Shown here piece after piece: positions 37,270 to 45,842 of a stretch of 45,842 nucleotides of DNA (positions are counted from its first letter, which is position 1; every line of letters starts with the position of its first letter). The position numbers and the translations under genes were made by a program. Source of the stretch: Basidiobolus ranarum (taxonomy: Eukaryota); the NCBI GenBank assembly GCA_040143965.1, contig JASJQH010000025.1, positions 1-45,842 on the forward strand, in the 5' to 3' direction. Below the pieces are notes generated by a model. It did no database searches, had not been told where the DNA came from, and was given only the letters and a program-made list of their open reading frames with translations.

Positions 37270-38029
37270 TGTTGTCTAACAAGAAACTGTGATTGCTTAT
37301 CAGTGAGATGATTAGGGCTTACTTTTATTGAGATCCTTTGACATATTGTACAATGTATTAGTCATAACACATATGTGCAAGAAAAAATCTTCACCGAAAT
37401 GCAAATCATTTGGGCAATAACAGTTGCTAGTTATGGCAGTCCTTTACAGTATCCGCAGCAATGGAACCAGGCGCGAAAAAAAAACCTTTTTCAGGAAATA
37501 TATTCACCTTTTTAAGTTATTCAATCTCCAGAATTGTATATGCTGGTAGATGTTCTCTAGCGCCAATTTCCAAGAAGACGGTGTGGTGGTAGGTATACAT
37601 ATGTAATCTCAAGTTATTATGAATGGTTGAAAGTGGTCTGGAATTTCAAGATCCATCCAATCCAGTGAGAGAATTTACAGGCGAATTTATAGGCAATGTT
37701 ATGTTTCTTACAATGACCGACGATTAAGCTAGCCTGTATGGCAAACGTTGCAAATGAAATGACAAATGTTGGTGAAATTAAGTATTGCATGCCATTTGAA
37801 GAGTTTCTGCATGTCAACATTCAACTTATGATGCATCGGCAGATTTCATTTAGCTTGGGAAAGCAGTGCACATTAAGTATGCAGATTAACATGTAGAATA
37901 GGACTTAATGATCTACATCTTCGGCCTGCTGCGAGAGATCGATTATATTTAATGATTGACCGATCTAAAGTATATTTATTATATAATATTCGTGAACGAG
38001 GATTACGAAATATGATTGTTAGTGGATCG

Positions 38030-38390
38030 CGAGTGGATTACTGGTGGATGGTTGGTAGATTATCCAGACCAAAAATAGTCCCAGGTTTCGAGAGCCGGGT
38101 ACCCAGAGTCTATCAACAGTAGTAATAGTTAGATAGCATTCAGAAATAGCTAGAAACAAAATGCTCTCAAAGGCGTTTGTTCAGAATGAGCGCTTGGAAC
38201 AACGACTATCGTTGTTCACATGCATACAATCTATACGATATACCCTTTAAGGATAGACGGGGATTCAACTACAAGCAACGGGAATGAGGGAACATGGGAG
38301 GTTGCTCTGGGTACTCTACCGGTTCATTTCCGGTTCTAGTCAATGTACATTGGGGTTCAACCCGCTGGTCGAAAGGGGTACCTGATGCAT
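38030..38390 (+). ncRNA. Candidate structured non-coding RNA, class unassigned
   Basis: Several nested helices whose non-Watson-Crick pairs are G-U on the + strand (see findings). No ORF. Confidence 0.3.
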
Positions 38391-38998
38391 TTGAAGTGTG
38401 CTCGGCTGTAATCATGAAGATCTACTCGTGAAAGTGCATTCCAAGGTGTGATGCGTATTTCGAGTGATTGAACGGCCTAACAACAACGCTGACAGCGATG
38501 GTAATTTCCTGTTAGATGCTATATTTATGGGCAGGAATTAGTGATGGGCCAATTAGGTTATATGCCTTATTATACGGTTTCATCGGGAAGAGGCTTTGCT
38601 TGCGCTGTTTATAGTATTTTTCATCATTTCTCACTATTTTTCATGGTGGTTTCGAATGAGGATTGTAGATTGGCTAAACGAGTTTTAAGAATTTAATGAA
38701 AAGATTATTATGGAGTTGAGCATGTCCTAAACTTGTCTACCAACGAGCCTGATTTTGATTTGGTAACTGACCTAATTTTCTTCTTATTTATCTATAATTC
38801 TCCCATTCTGTCATCCTCTCGCTTCCACCTTAGACTGCCATTCGACTATCTTCACGCCAGCAACTAGACGTTGTTCTGTCACCTTTTCCTTGCACTTTGG
38901 AATATTTCTTACCTTTTCTTTCAAATCCCCAATACTTCTTTTGCAATCGTTCATAGCAAAATACATTTTTATTGGAGAAAACACCACACTTTTCTCTA

Positions 38999-41900
38999 AT
39001 GACTGCCCTTCTTAATACGAACCAAAGGTCTTTAAATATGCCAAGGCCTTTGGATAGTAATCGGATACATTCAAGCTTTGAATATATGGTGGAAACTACA
39101 GAGGGGAGGGAGATGAGAGATTCAGTTGTTGATTTAGATAGCGTACTAGAGCCGAACAAGAGCTCTTTCGGGAGAAGGATATCCAGATACCACGCCCTCC
39201 ACGTTCCAAAATATCCCATTAATCGTTTATCTCAGTTTATCAAGCAAAAGCTTCAACCAAGTCCCAAGCTAGTACACAGAACCTCTGAGTCTTCTATAGG
39301 TTCGGCAATTTCTTTTTCTCTTTCTGACGACGATTCAAGCCAGCTAGATGCGGCTCCAAGTGTCTTCCTCGACTTATCTTTCAAAGAGTTGGAAAAGTTT
39401 CCGGAAACTCAAAATGGTGATTATCTCTCTGACTCAAGCATATGTTAACCTCTAGTATTAATGTTCATACTCTCTTCTGTATATCCAGATGTTACCCACC
39501 TAGTTCTTATGCAAAATAATATCAACAGGTTCCCACTATGCGCTTTCTGGAACCTACCTCATTTGGTGGTACTGGACTTATCTTTTAACCAGATAGTGGA
39601 ACTGCCACCAGATATCGGTCAAGTGAAAACTTTAAAAGAGCTTTATCTTAAGAACAATGACATCGAAGCTCTACCGTCAACACTGTATAACCTGGAGAAT
39701 CTGGAAATCTTGGATGTATCTGAAAACCGCATCAAAAAACTAGGTACATCCCAGCATCTTATGCAACAAGTATGTTATGTGAAACTAATTCATTTCATAG
39801 ATGCGTCGATATGTAGATTGGTGTCTCTTTATCACTTGGATATACGGGACAACCAACTCTTCGAAATCCCCTTTTCTCTGGGATTGCTATCAGCAAATCT
39901 TACTTCATTTCTTGTTGATGGGAATCCTTTTATTTATCCATTTAGCGATCTCGTCGTACCCATTCTGTCCACACCCTTCCGCGGAAAACGCAGTTTTATC
40001 AAAGTTTCCAACACGCAGCGGGATAAAAGCCTGCCCCTGAATAAGAATGATGGATTAGCTGGCTACGGGTATGGCGATGATCCAATGTATAAGACTTTTT
40101 CGTTAGGCCGGTTCGGGCTAGGTCGTAAGCCAGCCGTGGTTACATTACTGGATAATGATGGCATGAGACGCAAAGAAAGAAAGATTAGCCCACCGTTAAT
40201 GCATCTACGTAGTAATCTTGCTCAACAGCATCAGCCACTTTTTGATACCAAATTAGGAGACGATATAGAAATGGAACTATCTCATACACAGTCGCTCAAC
40301 AATGTCAACTTAGAGAACCATAAGGAAACTCCCAAGGCTTTGGCTACCAAAGGATCTAAATTCAATTCCTTCAATCCTTTCAGGAATCGCAGGGATTCTG
40401 CTTCAAACTGTTCAGAATCGAAGGTTCCGGTAGATAGGATATTTAAGGATGAAAACGATGGCCCTGATGCGGATACAGCTCCCTCCAAAGGTCCTCAGAT
40501 TAAGGCTCTTCTAAGTCGAACCCTTCGACCACGCTTCTCATCTCCCAATTTGCAGAGAATGAAGCAAAACTCATTTGACGCAGGGAGTGAGTATTTGGAT
40601 GCTCGACGTAACAGTACAGACCACCAAAATAGGTCCATGTGGAATTTTCACAACTCTACCAGGTACGATTTGTTGGGTAGCTCTGCCTATTCAACATATT
40701 CAAGCTCCATGTACTCTCGACCGGGTAGTTGGAATTCGGGGGATGTTAGCACCTCCGTATCATCTGCTGCCATAAGTACATTTATGGATAAATTGCGTGA
40801 TCTGTACGACTTGGATCCAGAGACAAACGAACGTGATCTACTCAAAGTTGGTATTCAGAAGCGCGGGAATAACACAACATCAGACACCCATGGCTCGGAG
40901 AATGAGCCGACATATCGGAAAGCAGGTAGGTCATTTTGTTGCTTGATCATGGAAGATCCTATTGTAACTTTCTGTCCTTTCTTAGTCCACTTGTCAATGT
41001 ACGGGATGTTTGACCAGCGAAATAACATTATCAATGAAATCATTGCCACCGAAGAAACCTATGTGGCCTCCCTCGAAAATTTGATTGAGGTAAGTTGAAC
41101 GCGTTGCTTTTGTGTAGCAGATAAGCATTCTTATCCTTCCTTTTGTAGATTTATTTGTTTCCTGCGGAAACCAATAAAGTGATGAGTCCGAAAAAGAGCA
41201 AAGCTATTTTCTCCAATGTAGAGAGTATTCTTCTGTTCCACCGAGATCATCTCTTGCCTGCTCTCAAATTGTGCCTGAAGGAAGAAAATCAATGCATTGG
41301 TCAGGTTTTTGCTAAGCATGTACGTTGATTATCATTACGTTTCAAGTAATCAGCGGTCATTAACTCATTCATGGTACTCATCTAGAACCCGTATATCAAA
41401 ATGTACTCGGTTTACATTAATAATTTCGACTACGCTTTGTCTGAACTACAGGCTTTGATTGCCAAGCATCCCAAGAGAGCCAGCACTTACTTGAAGGTTG
41501 GTTGAAGAAATATGCAGAATTCTAACAACAAAAGCTTACCTTACTCTCTATACTAGTCTGCACTGCAACATCCCAACCACAACCAACTGAATCTTCAAGG
41601 ATACCTTCTATTACCGGTACAAAGAATTCCCCGATACAAGATGCTTCTCCAGGTATTTATTTCTGATTGATTGGAATTTACCACATCGCTGACGTTGGTT
41701 TGCGGTATAGGATCTACTGACCAATACCTTGCCGGATCACCCAGATATTCAAGATTTAAGACTAGCCTTGGAAGAAATCACGACACGAGCACAAGAGATC
41801 AATGAACGAAAGCGAGAGCACGAGCGCAAACATCGGGTGATTTCCATCCAGGCCAAAATTAAGGGAGCTTCAGAGATTCCCTTGGTCCAACCCCACCGTC

Positions 41901-42455
41901 GTTACATTCACGAAGGAACGTTACATTTGTACAGAATTGTTAGAACTTTCAATGCTCAAGTGAAAGACCCAGAAACACAAAAAACCCGAGATTGTCCATA
42001 TTTACACGAAATGGTTATCGATACCGATTTTATGTTTTATCTTTTTAACGATATCATGATCAAAGTAAGTTTGGAATAATCATCGAACTCTTGCCCTCTT
42101 CAATGGCATATTTATTTATTTACCGGATTTCTAGTGCAAACCCTCGAACAAGGAATACCGCAAGTTGCGGATTCTTCAACTTTCCTCACGTTCCAAACCG
42201 GCCACAATGATTGATAATAATAGTACGTGTTTGTGTGTGAATGATATGATCCAAATCCATTCAAAGCTGATCACATCTTGTTTATTAATAGCAATGCGCC
42301 TTGTTGATAATCAAACAATCCTGTATTTCACAGGGTCACCGGAGTCGGTATGTTGCATATTACTTTGAGATAGTTGCACTTGATATGTTGCTCATTCCTA
42401 TTTCCCACAGCTTAAGCAATGGACAGAACTGATCAATCATCGACTTGATGTATAA
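38999..42455 (+). CDS. Leucine-rich-repeat + DH (RhoGEF) + PH domain protein (multi-exon)
   Basis: LRRs such as LVVLDLSFNQIVELPPDIGQVKTLKELYLKNNDIEALP. DH motifs RNNIINEIIATEETYVASL and LQGYLLLPVQRIPRYKMLLQDLL. PH-like RRYIHEGTL...FYLFNDIMI. Confidence 0.9.
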
Positions 42456-43132
42456 ATCGCTCAATCCCATTCCATCCCCATTCTGCTCAATTCTTTACCC
42501 TTCGTTGTCATTCTATTCTCACCCACTCTGTCCTTTTTGTTGACCGAAAAATCCTTCTTATTCTGAGGGTTTCATGGATTAATGATCCTAGAGACTTTTG
42601 TAGTTCAATATATATATACATATATACTTGATTTTTAGACATTCACTTTCCTTCTTTACTCCTTTTACACAATACGTCAATTGTATAATTCATTTGTCAC
42701 CATCCAATTCATCCACCCAACATTTTCATTTGTTAAGTTTCAAATCTTGTTATAAATAATCGAATCTACCATTTTATGAGCAAATAGTGGTTCTGCTATA
42801 TTGATTATATGTTAATGTAAAGTAAGTAGCATTACTCTAAATCATTTGGACTAAAAAGAACTCTTTGGAGCTGATTGACTTGTGTTGATGGGTGGACCGT
42901 GTGAACTCTACTTATATTATATAAATGAATGATCGCTCTTGTTTATTGATAAAAGTATGAAACGATAATAGGATCAGGCCATAATTACATCTAAAAATGA
43001 AAATCTATGCTTTACCGGGGGGAGATAGAGACCAGTGAGAAGATGACTTCTGGGAGGGGAGATATTCTAAACAAAAACCGTAGTTGAATTACAAAGTAGG
43101 GTGTAGTAAATAGGGCACCACATGACATTCAT

Positions 43133-44932
43133 TTATGCATTTTGCTCCACGCTAACTACTACATCTTCTTTTCTACTCTTCTTTCCATCAGTGATCCAGA
43201 AACTTTGAACCAATGAGATACCACTGCATATTGTGAGTAAGATCCAAGCAAATTGATGATTGAAAGGATATGGTAATTCGGCTTTAAGAGACCAGCTCCA
43301 GGTCATTCCACCTAATGCAGGTGAGATTGCTCGAGTGAAGGCAGCTACGCATTGAGATGCGCCATTGATAGTTCCCAGATATTTCTCATTAGGAGTATTG
43401 TTATTCAACTGGTGATAAAGAGATGAATGAGTTTATGAACAATCGATCAGTCATGTGTTGTGTTCACTTACCAGGATAAAGATGTTGGTGTAAGCTCCAG
43501 CACCACAGAGTGTCTTCGCAGCTAAATCAAAAATAACAATAGCCCACACCCAACCTTCATTCCAACCTTCATATTCCACCTTCTTAGCAACCACCGATCC
43601 GAGTTGGAAAGTGGAGTACGTCACCATATAGGCAAATAAACTCCAACGATAGAATGGCAAAGTACCGAGCTTACGTTGGCATGGTGGATAAAATGCCAAT
43701 TGTCCAATTACAATGAAAGCACCACACATGGATAATGCAAGACCAACTTTGGAGATAGTAAATGAAAGTCCTCCAAAAGGAATGGGTGATGATGCCCAAA
43801 TAGGGAACAGCTCGTCGCAGAGAGTTGTCTGAAACGCCAACAAACCATAACCAAGAATGGCCATAATAACTGGGAATGTGAAAGGGCCGGATGGGGTTTG
43901 GACTTGCTCAACCTCAGTACTACTGCTGGAAACTGAATGTGCGCGTTCGGCCAAGAGTGGTGAGTTTTCGGTGGGTGCATTCTCGGTAGGTACAGTTGCG
44001 ACATTCTTGACTACCTTCTTAGATTCCAAAGTTTCTTCCAATACGAAGAAGCCCATCAAGAATCCAGGGATTGTAATGAATGCGGCGGTAAAGCAGGGAA
44101 GGAAATAAGGATATTCTTTGAGGAATTCCGAAGAGCCAAACAAGAATGGGAATTGTTCGACTGGGTTAGAGAGTAAACCAGCAATGGTAGGGCCAACTTT
44201 GAAAATGGTTTACCGGATTAATAAAGGTCATAAATATTGAAAAAAGAGTAACCAAATACTTACTGACAATACCGGCACCCCACATCAATGAGACAAGACT
44301 GAATCCTTTGGCTAGAAAGAGTAAACTTCAGTTAATTACATACTCATTATAAACAATGAACGTTATAAAGACTAACATTGATTAGTGTGATCAGTCAATT
44401 CTCCGATAACACTTTTGACAACTCCAACATTTCCGTTAAGTAAACCACTAACGCAACGAGCGAAAATAGCCCAGCTGTAAGATTTGCTGAGTCCGAACAT
44501 AGTACAACCGATAAAGCTGCCCAATAGACCCATTAGAATAACTGGACGTCTACCGATGCGGTCCGAAACCATACCCCAAAACAAACCAGAAATCATCTCT
44601 GCTATTGAGAATACCGCGGCTAATATGCCCACATAATAACCGATTTCTTTTTCCTCTTTTGCAATACCAAAATCACGAACCTATAGAAAATGGGTTAAGT
44701 AAAAGTAAACAATACGCATAAAGTAATAAAGAGTCACTCTACCATCTACAAAAGAAAACAAAGAAATTAGTATTGCTACGCAAGAATAAAGATAGTTCAT
44801 TTAAGCGTTGAAACTTACATAGTACATAAATGGGAAAATAACTGTAAGTACAACTGGCTCAGCCAAAAGTACACAGGAAAGAACGAAAAACTGAGCCTTC
44901 GGCAAAGGGGTCTCTGGAGTACCTGGCTGCAT
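43133..44932 (-). CDS. MFS transporter (YCR023C/ZIFL-like), paralog of 35436-37269, with a 3-nt microexon
   Basis: TPLPKAQFFVL...EP; WGMVSDRIGRRPVIL; GLLNGNVGVVKSVIGELTD; YPYFLPC; RAISPALGGMTWS. Intron positions largely match the paralog. Confidence 0.92.
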
Positions 44933-45842
44933 ATTGAACTGAGTGTGTTCTTTCAGGTAATAGAGTGAAAGACTAGCTTCTGTTAAAAGCAAGTTAATCC
45001 GATGCTTTTACACAACTACAGAGATCTAAATAAGGGTGAAGTTGTGTCAAAATCTGAAAAAAAAACGAACATAAAACGACGATCAATCAAAAATATAGAA
45101 AAAATTGTTACATAACAACTTGGTAAGTTTCCTAATTGGCCTTGAAACTTGAATTACAAAAATGCCCTAGTTGTACACCAATAAACACTACTTAAAATTG
45201 CCATAAATTCCCAATCACCTATCTTTTAATCTGTTGGATATTGGAAACGAAGAACATCCTTTAGCCAGAAGATTCCCTGATTTGTATATCTTACGCAGTC
45301 CAGTGGGGGAATCGATTACAATCAGATGACAACAAACGGCTTTCTTACGCAAAGAATTCTCAATCACCAATAATATTAGAACGTATATATACTAGAAGAC
45401 TTCATTCTAATCTATAGATGTCCTAGGCGTATCACTTCCGATACCAGTCCAAAAATATTTCCAGTTCAACTTGAGTTTATATTATGAGTTATTTCATTAA
45501 GAGATTAGAGTTAAACATGGGTTCTACTAATTATAAGGGACTTTTACAGTTAAACAAGGTGTATCGATGGGTTTGTACATAAAGCATTCTTATGTACAGA
45601 GTGAGCTGTAGGGCATGCGCTCGAATATTACAAGGTGAATTAAATTGAAAACTACGCAGGAGTTATTAGTAGATGCTCGTACGATAATAGTTATATTGGA
45701 GATCCATATGTAAACGGCTTGAATTGTGACACCAGTTTGAGGCAGAGTGTTGATATCTATTCTCTCTATGGATTCCATATCGATTGTACCAGACCTCCGA
45801 CTCAAGAGTTGCTGTGTTGGTTGAGTTGTTCTTGATGAATGA

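Overview
Eukaryotic, intron-rich and AT-rich DNA with short GT-AG introns (mostly ~55-120 nt). Gene content suggests an early-diverging fungus; a bacterial-type NRPS makes Basidiobolus or a relative plausible, but this is inference. The left ~7.6 kb is accessory-like. It holds a small TG...CA element with a 4-bp TSD, an intronless unknown membrane ORF and a decayed bacterial-type NRPS terminal module (C-A-T-TE) with two nonsense codons and an internal deletion, and it ends at a tRNA-Thr(CGT). The rest is gene-dense core DNA: pirin, a Ctr copper transporter, RRP42/RPP1 head-to-head, MCC alpha, MED27, RPL26, a non-coding host gene with two intronic U19/snR191-type H/ACA snoRNAs, a 136-aa gene with a 4-nt microexon, an intronless MATA-type HMG-box gene, an ANKFN1/WAKE-like gene with a ubiquitin-like N-terminus, delta-12 desaturase, a hypothetical protein, a fasciclin protein, two paralogous MFS transporters sharing a 3-nt ATG microexon, and an LRR-DH-PH RhoGEF. 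An unassigned, highly base-paired ~350-nt intergenic segment at ~38.0-38.4 kb is a candidate novel structured RNA. All homology calls come from recalled motifs; no searches were run.
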